Below are positions 38,631 to 50,452 of a stretch of 64,000 bases of DNA, in pieces. The notes under the pieces are model-generated. The model saw only the letters and a program-made list of their open reading frames with translations, did no database searches and was not told where the DNA came from. Source of the stretch: Vitrella brassicaformis CCMP3155 (lineage: Eukaryota > Protista > Chromerida); the NCBI GenBank assembly GCA_001179505.1, contig CDMY01000791.1, positions 186,001 through 250,000 of the forward strand. Direction: 5' to 3'. The position numbers and the translations under genes were made by a program. Each line of letters opens with the position of its first letter. Within the stretch, counting starts at the first letter, position 1.

Positions 38631-39599
38631 CTGTAAGTCGGGGGGACCAGACAGCAGAGGTGCGGTCGTGTGTGCCACGTACATAACCGTTCTCTTTGTC
38701 AATTGGTCTGTCTGTCTGTCTGTCTGCAGTCAATCCGTATCTCCATCGTGGCTTCCTCAACTTGGCGACCAATCGGTGGGTATACAACCTTCGAGCACAG
38801 CAAAACACAGGGCAGCAAGCTGTCATCCTTTTGCCTCTTCCCTTTTGCCATTTCATTCAGGATGATCCAGACCACATCAAGACAGACGTATGCAGCCAAC
38901 ACATCGACCAGAGCAGGCAGTGTATCGCATTCTCTGTTTCCTTCCTTCAACACCTTCAGAGTGCACTGTGTGACAAGTGTGGAGTATCTCCAGTGCCATT
39001 CGCCCGCTGCCTATGCCCTCCTGGCCCAGCAGGGGCAGCTGTGGGGCCACCGCACCATCATCGACGACCGACTCAACAGCCGGACAGTCATTCTGTGTGG
39101 TGACAAGCCTGGCGACAACTTCGCGGCCCACATTCGCATCAAGATAGACACCATCCTGTCGGCATCCATCGCGCTGTACAGCATTGAGGAGCGCCACGGA
39201 AATCGCAGTGGTGTGGCGGGCAGTCCGTTGGCAGCTGGCGTCGCTCGTCGTGTGATGGGCGGGGATGCATGGGTGATTCTGCCAGGTATGAACGAGCATG
39301 TGGAGGGGTGAAAGGGGTGGGAGGGTTGAACTCATGTGATTGAGTCCATCCCACCTCCGTGTTCCTCAGGTTGTCCCAGTCCTAGTGGTGGTGGTGACGG
39401 TGATAGTGATGTGGCGGCGGTGAGCCACAGATGCCACCCTTCAAGTTCGCCCATCGAAAATGGTCAGCCGCGGCCAGCCACTGTTGATGGATTGGGTTTG
39501 GTCAAACAGCTGCGGGCAGAGGGCAGACACACACAGCCAGCTGCTGATCAGACAGACGCTCTCCATTAATGTTTGTTGTGTACGTTTGTCTCCTGTCTC

Positions 39600-40542
39600 T
39601 TAACGCAGAAGCCCCCAGCCCCAGCTCCGAGGGCGCCAAGCCTGGGAGAGGACAAAGAACTGGCCGAAGCCATGGACATGCTCGAGAGCGCCATCAGCCA
39701 CGCCGACTCCCTCAGCGACAGTGGCTACCCCAAGGAGCAGCTGATGGACATTGCCGTGATGGTGTGTGTCATCGATGCACTCGAGAAGGCCTACTGCATC
39801 CTCACGGCCAACATCCCCCGATTCGACTTCGAGAAAAGAAACACGCCAGCTCAGAAGAAGCTGATGGCGCCCCTCGTGTCAATCTCAACCTTATCAAAGC
39901 GGCGGACGCATGGCTCGAGGAGACACCCGTGCAGCCGTCCGTCAGTCTAAGGCCCAATGGACGGCATATCATCAGGCGCCATATGAGGGGCAGGAAGAGG
40001 GACACAAGAACGAGGATGAGGCCGCGGACGGGAAAGAAGAGGTAGGGAGCACAGCATTCAAACGTGCCCTTGCCTCTCTTTTCCTTTGTGAAAGAGGTAG
40101 TGCTGTCTCCATACGACTTCCATCTCTCTCTCGATGGTGCAGGCAGTGCGGAGCCGCCGGACCAGATCCCATTCGACCGTATGTACCACATGCTCAAGTA
40201 CATCATGGGTGGCAAGATCTCCATCCCAAGTGTGTGCCATCTCTGGGACTATCTCTGTCCTTCCTTTCTCCTCAGTTTTGGCGTGTCAACGGTCGTCTCA
40301 ATCAAGACAGCAGCAGGATGCTCTACCCCCACGACCCACTAGCACTGGACAGCGAGGCCTCCTTTGCCACTGCCAGCACCGATCGCATTCGATTCACCGT
40401 CGGCAGTGACGTGTACGCAACACAGAGGGAAGAAGGACGCGAATCGAAGTTTTCGTCTGCTTTCATCTGTCAGGTGGAAAGTCCCTCGCTCCTTTTGGTG
40501 GCGACGGCTCTTCTGCGCGGCCGGCCGGCGGCATCGAGATGA
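39600..40542 (+). pseudogene. Fragmented paralog of lineage-specific family
   Basis: AMDMLESAIS...EQLMDIAVMVCVIDALEKAYCILTANIP module, then duplicated block shared with 36885-37050; ORFs broken across frames. Confidence 0.4.
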
Positions 40543-40689
40543 GATCATCGGTAAGGGGACATGTCATGCACTATCACAACTCATCACCGGTGAGCTGCAA
40601 CGATGAGGCTGCGATAGGACGCCAGAAACAGCCTGACTTTTCGTCCTTGTTGGTGTCATTCAGGCTTTGCCGCGAGAGGATGCAAATGT

Positions 40690-41950
40690 GAGTGAGCGAT
40701 GCGGTTCGTCTGCCCAGTCCTGGCGGAGCAGGCGTATGCACCGCCATCGACGTGGGTGTCGGCTGTGGTGACTGACAGCGATCCTACCTTCCTTCTGCAG
40801 AAGGGCATCACCGACCCCATCAGGGCTAGGCGAATATGGAACACCATTCTCCTCTGCAACGGCCTTAGCCACCGTTTCCTCACGGCAGCCAAGACGGCGC
40901 AGCTGGTAGAGGCGGGAACCGATTCTGCTGCGACAATTGTCACAGCACTGAGTTTGGTCTTCCGCAATCTGGACCGATGGCGTGGTGGGCGGCGGGAGGC
41001 CATTCGCGTCATGGGCGCCCTCATCAAGGGCGGGGCGGCAGGGCGGAAGCTCTCTCCGTACCACGCGAGTGCCTTCTCTCTCGAAGACGACGACGTGCTG
41101 GACGATCTTCTGAGCAGTGGCTGTGTGCAGCTGGGTCGCGGCTTTCCCATCCTCAGTCCATCCCTCCCCGCCGACCCGCCACATGACGGCTACGACACCC
41201 CCCGTGCCGTCGCGGAGCGGGCGAGGGCGGCCAAGCTCATGGAGGCGGGGGCGGAGCTGCTCGGTGGGACCTCGCCAAGGTGGCCGGGTACGGTGACATG
41301 AGGCTCTGGCATATGTTGGCCGCTCACAAGCGGTTCTTCCCCGGGCAGTGCACGAGCTGCCTCGTGTCCGCCATCAAAACTGGCGCAGTCAGCATGACGC
41401 GTGAGCTGATGCTCAACAGAGACGCGATGTCCGTCGCTGCCGAAGCCCTCTGCGAGGCCCTGGACGACGAGCTGGACGACGAGCTGGACGATGGGACCCT
41501 CGAGCAGGCATCGTTGGAGGAGCGGCAGCGGCTGTACGGCGGCACGAGCGAGGCATTCCACCTGGTGGTGGACATTGACGAGACAAAGCAGGCACGCTCC
41601 CCTCACCTGTTGCCAGTGGTGAATCAGCGATTGGAGGGCGCATACCAGCACTATCTCAACCAGGTGAGAGTGGGACACACATAAACCGAAGGGCACACAC
41701 TCTCACCCACAGTCCTTCTTCTCCTTGACGGTGTCAGGTTCCTCTTCGTGTGAAGCGTGCGGCCAGGGCGGCCCTCCGATCCCTCACCGCCATCCTATCC
41801 TCTCCTCTGATGCCCGTATCGCCCCCACTCTCGGCCCGCTGCTCATCGAGGAGGCCCCCCGACACATCCAGTTCCCGTCGACAGATTATCGGTGCCTACA
41901 TTTTATATTCGTTGAGCTTCTTCTTCCTTGAGACCTGCACTGAGTTGCCC
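40690..41950 (+). pseudogene. Ankyrin-like lineage-specific family member with broken reading frame
   Basis: LVEAGTD, KLMEAGA, LEGAYQHYLNQV|intron|HRHPILSSDARIAPTL parallel 62273-63620; frame change near 41260-41300. Confidence 0.45.
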
Positions 41951-42539
41951 GCAGCTCTTCCCCCATCCGGACTCTCTGTCCTTTTGCAGACAACTGACCA
42001 CCCTTTCCTGTTTAAATGTTGACATCCGTGTGGTTGTCTGTCCACACTCAGAGTGTCGCATAAGCACAACATTCATCGAATACGAACCTTCATTCAGTCG
42101 ACACGCACCATCGAACCCCCCCTCTAGTCAATTGAATGAAGGCTAGTTAACACACGACAGTGACACATCTGTCCATCCCCTGTTTGCTTGCGCCTGCCTG
42201 CCTATCCATCGATCCATCTGGATGAGTGTGCCGTTCCAGTCAATGCTGGGGTTCATCAATGAGCTTTCCTGCCAACGGATCTCAGCTCTTGCTGCTCGGC
42301 TGATGATGCCACAGCACATTCACCGACCAGGCATCAGCGTGTCGCTGACCACGCACTATCAACACCAGCTCGTGATGACTCGCCGTCGGCATGTCCTCCT
42401 CTCATCTACAGCGTCTCCACACAGAATGAGTCGGATGTGCGCCTGACGCGCTGCATTTGTGTGTATGGTGTTGTAGCCGTCAGACATCGTTTCTCTCCAC
42501 CACAGAGAAAACGGAGAGAAGGGAGACTGCAGGCAAAGA

Positions 42540-44278
42540 GAGAGAAAGGAGAGGCCTTGATCTGATCTGGCTCCTTCATGTGTCGTGTGTGTTTGTAACT
42601 GCCTGCCTCGTCGAAATTGGAATCAGCTCTGCATCATGCTGGTGTGAAAGGCTCTCGCAGCTGTGTAATCAGCGATTGGCAAGGGATCGTCAGATGCAGA
42701 TCCTTTGCGGCATCGAGATGGAGAAAAAGGCTTCCTGGGCGCACTGATGAAACGACACATCGATCGCCAGGAGGAAAGTGGGCTGCGTGGCACACTATCA
42801 GTTTGTATGACATACGTTAACTCATAGCGCAACGGCAGGCAGAGTCTGCCGGTCTCTCATGAAATGAACTGCGTCAGCATCGACCAACCCTCAATCATGC
42901 GACAAACTATCAGTTTGAGTGGCGTGGAGGTTCACCTGCTCAGCCATTGCTGCTCAGTGCCTTGATCACTACCGTGATGCGATGCTCCCGCCTCCCTTTG
43001 TACCTCCCGCCGTCAGTCACTGAGATGCGATCGATGCTGCCATGAGCTGAAAGGAACAGAACAGATAGCAGAGTGGCCACGACAAGCGTTATTGCTTTCG
43101 GTGCTGAAGGCCCTCGCTGCTTTCTCACATCCACCTCACACATCTCATCTCACCTTTGGCACTTAAGTCCTTCGAGTGCGACGCATCCTTCGCCAGTAGC
43201 CAAGAAAACAGGAAGGTGATCTCCGAGCTTTGCAAGCTCAAGGAACCAGGGCGAAAATCGCTTTCTCGGCTTTGCCCAGCCAATTTTCCTCTCTGAATGT
43301 GTACGAGGCGACGCACTGAAGGAACTCAGCCGATAAAATCAGAAAACGAATTTGCCACTGTTGAGAAAATCAGCCGTTCGATCCTCACTCGATCGGCTTC
43401 TGCGGCCGCTGCCGAGGGCCTGATGGGCTGCCCGAGGGGCTGGGCGGCCTCTTGACGGCCGCCGTGACCGGTCCGCGAGGCAAAAAGACGAAGGCAATGA
43501 GTCCCCTTCGCCATCAGCACACTCGGCTGGGGTGAGTGGGTGTGTGAGTGCGGTGGCGTCAAGTATCGGCACGTATGCATAGCGCCATGCAGTGCGGTCA
43601 GCACGGCGGAGGTCTGGCAAGTCACGCTAACACAATGAAGACAGCACAGAGTACAATGGGCGACATGGTGTGTCTTGGAAGGATGGAACACACTGAGAGG
43701 GAGATACCTGTCTGTCTGTCTGTCTGTCTGTCCGATGACACAGCGAGGCGCCCGTCATCCGCCCGCCCACCTATCCGTCCATCTAAGCCATTGGCAGCAC
43801 ATCAGCGACTCATCAGCGTAGTGGAAAAAGAGGCATGACATCCAGACGGCCCGACCCACACACAGCTGGTGTGTATGTATCCCGCTCTCCAACACACCCA
43901 TAGGTATCATGTGTGTGTATGGTTGAATGGACGAAGCGGCCTGCCGTCCAATGCAGTGACGCGTGGGTGGGGCACTGCCTGAATGGCAATGCCATACACC
44001 ACACATACGGCCAGTAAACGACACACTCCCATCGCAACGCAACACTTACAGAAACTCTCTCTCTCTCTGTCAGTCTGGCGCGTATCTGTCTGTCAGTGTC
44101 CGAGGGGTCAAAGCAGCCACACGAGTGGACCGGATCGGTGGGCCAATGTCATGTGGCCGCACCGAAGATGCGCACAAATGGGAAAAGAATGGCATTCACC
44201 CGATGCAGTCAGTCGATGTGGTCGAATTACATACAGACGGATCTACACGACCGAGTGGGCCAGCCAGTCAGTCAGTGA
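42540..44278. repeat. Non-coding segmental duplication, copy 1 (direct repeat of 48520-49657)
   Basis: Long near-identical tracts, e.g. 43340-43800 vs 48880-49330 and 44020-44278 vs 49380-49657; 42540-42720 matches 48530-48770 in shuffled order. Confidence 0.85.
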
Positions 44279-44599
44279 NNNNNNNNNNNNNNNNNNNNNN
44301 NNNNNNNNNNNNNNNNNNNNNNNNNNNNNNNNNNNNNNNNNNNNNNNNNNNNNNNNNNNNNNNNNNNNNNNNNNNNNNNNNNNNNNNNNNNNNNNNNNNN
44401 NNNNNNNNNNNNNNNNNNNNNNNNNNNNNNNNNNNNNNNNNNNNNNNNNNNNNNNNNNNNNNNNNNNNNNNNNNNNNNNNNNNNNNNNNNNNNNNNNNNN
44501 NNNNNNNNNNNNNNNNNNNNNNNNNNNNNNNNNNNNNNNNNNNNNNNNNNNNNNNNNNNNNNNNNNNNNNNNNNNNNNCGTCAGATGTGTCGCTTGCCT

Positions 44600-44975
44600 C
44601 TCCTTCTACGCCACTCGCCTCGCCAGCACCGACCTGAGGGCACACCACACCACACGAAGCCATGCAAGTGCACCCACATCCCGCACATATGTCGACGTCC
44701 GCACCTGTGAGCTGTCGATGATTCGCCTCATGTCGTCGACTTGCGACTCGATGCGCATCAGCCCCTCAGACAGCCGACCAGAAAGGGCGTCTCGGGTCGC
44801 CGACAGATCGACGCACTGACACATAAGAAGCCAATACATGAGGCACGTGCTTACGGAAGCGACCGGGCGCATACCTGTGTCTGCAGTGTGTCGGCGAGGT
44901 CACGCATGAGATCCAGCCCCGCCCGCATGCGATGGAGTAAGTCACGATCACTGACGGCCTGCACGACATGAGCGC

Positions 44976-45007
<32 letters not shown>

Positions 45008-45228
45008 CACACACGTGTTGGTGCGACAAGATGAGCCCGGTGCTGAGTGCCCACCTGATTGTTCGCGGCATGAGTGGCACTGCCGGGCAGACGAGTCGCA
45101 GATGACCCACTGCCAGCACCACCACCGTCACGCTCACCTGCCACACAGACGGACAAGACAGCCATGGCTGATGAATGCCCGCCTGCTTCCCTCCGCTTGT
45201 GTGAGTGCACTTCACCTGCCGCTTCCAT
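44600..45228 (-). pseudogene. Inverted paralog of the 5' exons of the gene at 30994
   Basis: MEAAGEVHSHK, HLRLVCPAVPL, HRMRAGLDLMRDLADTLQTQV, CVDLSATRDALSGRLSEGLMRIES match 30994-31500. Confidence 0.55.
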
Positions 45229-46920
45229 CGTTAGGCCCCGGTTGTCCTGTCCTACTCTCCGCCGATGCCAATCGCTTCCATGGTCACACGAGCAGCGATG
45301 TGGGTGCCGCTGTCGTCGTCTTCTATCGTCCGCCGCTGACCACCTCTCTCACCATACGCAGCATGGAAAGCAGGATCATCCTCCAACGATTCGGACTCGG
45401 TCTTCGTCCTTCCCGTTTCGCCTGCCGCTAAGAAAACGTCACGGAAGGCATCTCACTCGCCTCAGAGAGAGCGCTTTTTTTGCGAGCTTTTGAAAAGTTG
45501 CATGCATTTCGAGCTGACATGGCATCGCGGAGGGTCGTTGTGCAGTCAAAGGATGGCCGTCTTCACGCACGCAATGAGCGAGGTCGGCTCAAGTACAAGA
45601 GAAAAAAGCACCGATGATTGACTGATGCATGCTGTTTCTGCTTCAGATGATGGAAGTGATCCCATTTCACTGCCTCAGATCACAAGGGCAGTGCTGCGGC
45701 CACTGCTGCCAAGATCAACAAACTGCTTCACAACAGCTGCCAAGATGGCGAACAGCACTGGGTGCTGTTGATCAGTGAAGCGCCATCTTCATCAAGTCGC
45801 TGGACGTGCTCTCTTTAAGAACGCTGTACTTTCAGCTGAGGTACTGACACGACACCCATCTACCATTCCGCTCAGGTGCGACACATGGCGAATTTCCCCT
45901 GTCCAGGTGTTCTTGTGAGATCCAAGTGCTCCGCAGTGCCCCTGCACCCCCTCACGGCAAATGGCCATTGCCGGCGGTGTGATGAAGTTCCTTTCTTTGC
46001 AACTGGTTGCCAACGACGGGTCCCACCGACTCTACTTTGATGTCGGAATTCACGCCGCACATTCAGACACCCGGACATCCACCTCTCTGTCTCCCTCTTT
46101 GCTTGTGTGTCTGTAGGGTCGATCTCTTGAGCGGCAGCTGGACCTTCTCGGCGTCAGTGTCTGCATCGGCGGACAGACCCCCACAACCGGCCACTAGGTA
46201 CCTCCACGCGCACGAAACTGCACACACATGCACCCCATCGCTTTCTGTGGTGACTTGGCGCCCCTCCCCAGTGTTGTTGTCGATGCTGCCCGGCCGCATA
46301 GTCTCCCTCTGTGCCAACACGACCACCAGCAGGCAGGCAGCAGCACAGGGCGAGGAGGGGATGGACGGCCGCAGTGTGTGCACCGTGTGTCGCTGCTATC
46401 GATGAGTTTGGCTTTGTCGTTTTCTTTTTCTGCAGCGTGTTGGGCCTCCGTCGCGCACCCTGCGGCGCGCGAAGAGACAGTCGCGGGGTGGCGGGGCCCC
46501 GTCTTGCGCACAACGGCACGCCCGTTGTATTCCCTTGCTTGTCGAGATTGGCTGCTGGTTGTGCGGATGGCTGACCGGACGACTGGCTGTCTGTTTGTCG
46601 TGCCTGGCTGTTGTTGGCTTCTTTTTGGCTGGGCCATTCGCTCGACGACTGTTTGACAATGAGGGCTGGAGAGGGAGGGAGGGAGGGAGGGAGGGCCTTC
46701 TTACACAGCCGATCGCTGTCCGCATTTATATCTGACTGATTTGGTCCTTTGAGAAGATGTCACGCTGCCTGGCGAGTGATTCTGGCTTAGTGATTGTGGA
46801 CATCGAGAGTATCGCTAAGCGTCTTTTGTTCATGGGATTCGCATCAAATGGATCGTTACGCCGTTTGTCGCTTTGGAGTCTTCTCACATTCATGCACACG
46901 ACTCAACAACATGGATACAC

Positions 46921-48252
46921 TTACCCCCGCTTCATGGCCCGATTGACCAGCCCCCCGCGCGGTTGGTCTTCGGCCTGGTGCACAGCCAAGTACAGACAAG
47001 GGCACTCGTATCTATCAAGTGTGTTGTGCCTCTGACCCAAATCCGCATAAGTACCGTGAAGTAGTAGTGCTCCTGGTTGTGGGGGGCAGTGCTCTTCTCT
47101 GAGAGCTGGTGGGCGAGCTTCTCCTTCCTGCGAAAGAAGAGACAGGAACATGATAATCAGTTAAAGCCTGTCGTCTCAGGTCTGCGAGTGTTATTGGTGG
47201 CCCACTGGGCGGCAAACTCCTCCTCAGACATCCCCACCCCGGCCAGCAGCTCCGCCTCGACTTCTTTGATGGCCTACACACACACGGGGAGCGAGTGGGT
47301 GAGTGTGTGAGTGCGTGTCATTGTATTATGTATATGTTTGTTGTCTCCTTGCTTGAGGGAAGTATTGATCCAATGGCCTTGTGTCCCCCCCGTCCCTCCT
47401 CCCCCACAGCTCATACGCCCTCCCTATGTACCTGTGTGACAGACACACACAGACAAATGGGAGGAAGGCAGGGAAAGAGAGGAATCGGTCGGTCAATCAG
47501 TGTGTGGCCCCACGGACAGTTTAGCGAATGTGGTGTCGGGTGGGTAGTTGTGGCCCCCTCCTGATCCCTCGCCCCCTCCCCCCTCTTCCCCTCCTCCCTC
47601 GCCCTCATCTGACGAGACATCGGAGAGGAGACACACAAGTCCAAATGACAGGCAGTCCGGCCGTTATATGTTATCCCACCCTCTTCCATGTCGGCCCCCT
47701 CCTCCTGCTGCTTCTCATCCCTGAAGGGCATAGAACAGACAAGCCACACCAGGTCGACAGACAGGCTGCATGAGCGGGTCGATCGGCTTGCTTCTCACTC
47801 TTCTTCCTCTCCCTGCTCCTGTGCATCCCTCGCCGCCGCCCTGTCGGAACAGTCAGTCAAACAGAAAACCGTCCATGTGAGACACGATGTGTGTATGTGA
47901 AGACAGCGGCCGTTTGTCGTGCTCCGCCTTACGCTGCCTGGCGCTTCTTCCTCCGGCTCGCCTTGCTCCTCTTCTTCTTCGACGAGTTGTTGACGCCCCT
48001 CGTCGCCTTGTTGAGCTGCTGCTTGCTCTCCGTCGCCCTCAGCTCCTCCTGGGTGTGGGCATACGGGCACTGCACTCGGGAGGAAATGAAGAGACAAAAG
48101 TACACACAGCATGGGCCACAGTGCGTGCACTCAGGCAACTGGATCCTCACGTTTGCGTCGAGGCAGCCCCAGGGGCTGTTGATGTACTGGCACATCCTTG
48201 TCTTGTACTTGGCGGCGGCGAGACGCCTGTCCGATTGATTCGTGTCGAACAT
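46921..48252 (-). CDS. Single CCCH zinc-finger protein with basic/acidic tail; downstream exons uncertain
   Basis: KYKTRMCQYINSPWGCLDAN|intron|CPYAHTQEELR matches the TIS11-type YKT.LC...C...C..AH...ELR pattern. Confidence 0.55.
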
Positions 48253-48519
48253 TGCCGCAACACTTACTGTTCAGCTGCTGCCTTCGCTTGCCACTTACGG
48301 GGTTTGATACTTGTAAAAGGCGGGCGCTACCTGCAGAAGAAGATGGAAGCACAGCCCGTAGTGTAATGCACAAACGCCCGCAGCGTCCGCCTCGGTGGTC
48401 GTCTGCTTACCGTCCTCTGGCCGCTGCTCGCCATCTCAACCACACTGCGATACTTCAGCGGATCGCAGCAGTCTCACTTGGGGGAGGCCCCCACATCGTC
48501 TCCGAGTCGATGACGCGAC

Positions 48520-49657
48520 AGCTCTGTAATGGGGGTCGTCAGATGCAGATCTATCCGAAGGAGGTCTTGTGGCTGCAGACTGCAGGAATATAGAGAGAAA
48601 CGAGAGGCCCTGATCTGATCTGGCTCCTTGTTCATGCACCCCGTTGACAACGTCCTAAAGGCAGGCAGGAAAATCAGGCAGCAGAATCGCAGCAACTCTG
48701 CATCATGCTGGTGTGAAAGGCTCTCGCAGCTGTGTAATCAAAGGCATTGAGATGGAGGAAAGGCTTCAGGCTTGCGAGCTGAAAAAATGGCCCGGATTTC
48801 CTTTGCTCGGCTTTCGGTGCGGTTTTCTCATCAGATCCGTTAGCGCAATCACAGAGAGAAGGCATCTGGCCAATAATATCAGAAAACGAATCTGCCACTG
48901 TTGAGAAAATCAGCCATTCGATCCTCACTCGATCGGCTTCTGCGGCCGCTGCCGAGGGCCTGTTGGGCTGCCCGGGGGGCTGGGGGCCTCTTGACGGCCG
49001 CCGTGACCGGCAAGAAAGGCAAAAAGACGAAGGCAATGAGTCCCCTTCGCCATCAGCACACTCGGCTGGGGTGTGTGAGAGTGCGGTGGCGTCAAGTATC
49101 GGCACGTATGTATAGCGCCATGCAGTGCGGTCAGCAGGGCGGGGGTCTGGCAAGTCACGCAAACACAATGAAGACAGCACAGAGTGCAATGGGCGACATG
49201 GTGTGTCTTGGAAGGATGGAACACACTGAGAGGGAGATGCCTGTCTGTCTGTCTGTCTGTCCGATGACACAGCGAGGCGCCCGTCATCCGCCCGCCCACC
49301 TATCCGTCCGTTTAAGCCATTGGCAGCACATCAGCGTAGTGGAAGCATGACACCGAGCAAAACGGGCCACTCTCATACAGCCAGCAAACGACACACTCTC
49401 AGCCATCGCAACGCAACACTTACAGAAACTCTCTCTCTCTCTCTGTGTCAGTCTGGCGCGTATCTGTCTGTCAGTGTCCGAGAGGTCAAAGCAGCCACAC
49501 GAGTGGACCGGATCGGTGGGCCAATGTCATGTGGCCGCACCGAAGATGCGCACAAATGGGAAAAGAATGGCATTCACCCGATGCAGTCAGTCGATGTGGT
49601 CGAATTACATACAGACGGATCTACACGACCGAGTGGGCCAGCCAGTCAGTCAGTGAT
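48520..49657. repeat. Non-coding segmental duplication, copy 2
   Basis: Direct repeat of 42540-44278 with indels. Confidence 0.85.
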
Positions 49658-50452
49658 ATTATGTACACCGCACAACTGGATGTGTGTGTGTGTCTTCCCG
49701 GCGCCTTTGCGGAGACGACAGCACAGCACAGCACCGCAGATGGACAGACAGACAAGGCAGACAGGCACCGGAAGGAACGTATCAGCCAGCCAGCGATAAT
49801 ACAACCAAAACAGCCTCGTGTGTGTGAGGGGCAGCTTCATCAGTGTGTCCCTGGTGGGTATGAGCGACGGCAGTTTACAAAGCAGAGAGAGTGCGGCAGG
49901 GCAAAACAATTCAGCAACTCGGCAGGAAGGTCAACGTACCCACACAGAATGAAAGCAATGGGTCATAAATCGACAGCATTGTCTGGTGGGTGGCAGGCAA
50001 TGCAGTCCGCGCGCTCAGTCAGCCGCCACCAATTGACCCTCCAACACACAACACCACACACCACGAGATGCAAAGATACCTGGCTGACGCGGGCGAGAAG
50101 TACAGATGAGATGAGTGAGTGACTGAGTGAGTATTGGCAGCCGGCCATGTGTGTCGACACAGCCGCCCACAGGTAATTCACCAAGTGGCGGACGGGATGG
50201 GCAGGCAGCTCCCCGCCCACCACATCGATGCAGTCAGTCAGCGTACACACGAGGGCACATAATACATAGAGAGGTACGAATGCAGGCCAGGCCAGGAGAG
50301 GGCCATTGTGTGTGTGGATGCGATCGATGGCTTAAACCACACGTGGACCTCTCTCCCTCCGCCACTTCCACACGACCCAGACGAACAGCACACACATCGA
50401 TGTATATGTGTGTGGCTGGCGGCTGCGAGAGAGAGAGAGAGTGAGTAGAAGT

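Noticed and set aside
42366-42453. Possible C/D box snoRNA (GTGATGA at 42372, CTGA at 42443, 4-bp terminal stem)
   Set aside because: No clear C'/D' boxes and no rRNA target I can identify; such short motifs occur by chance. A snoscan or Rfam search would decide.
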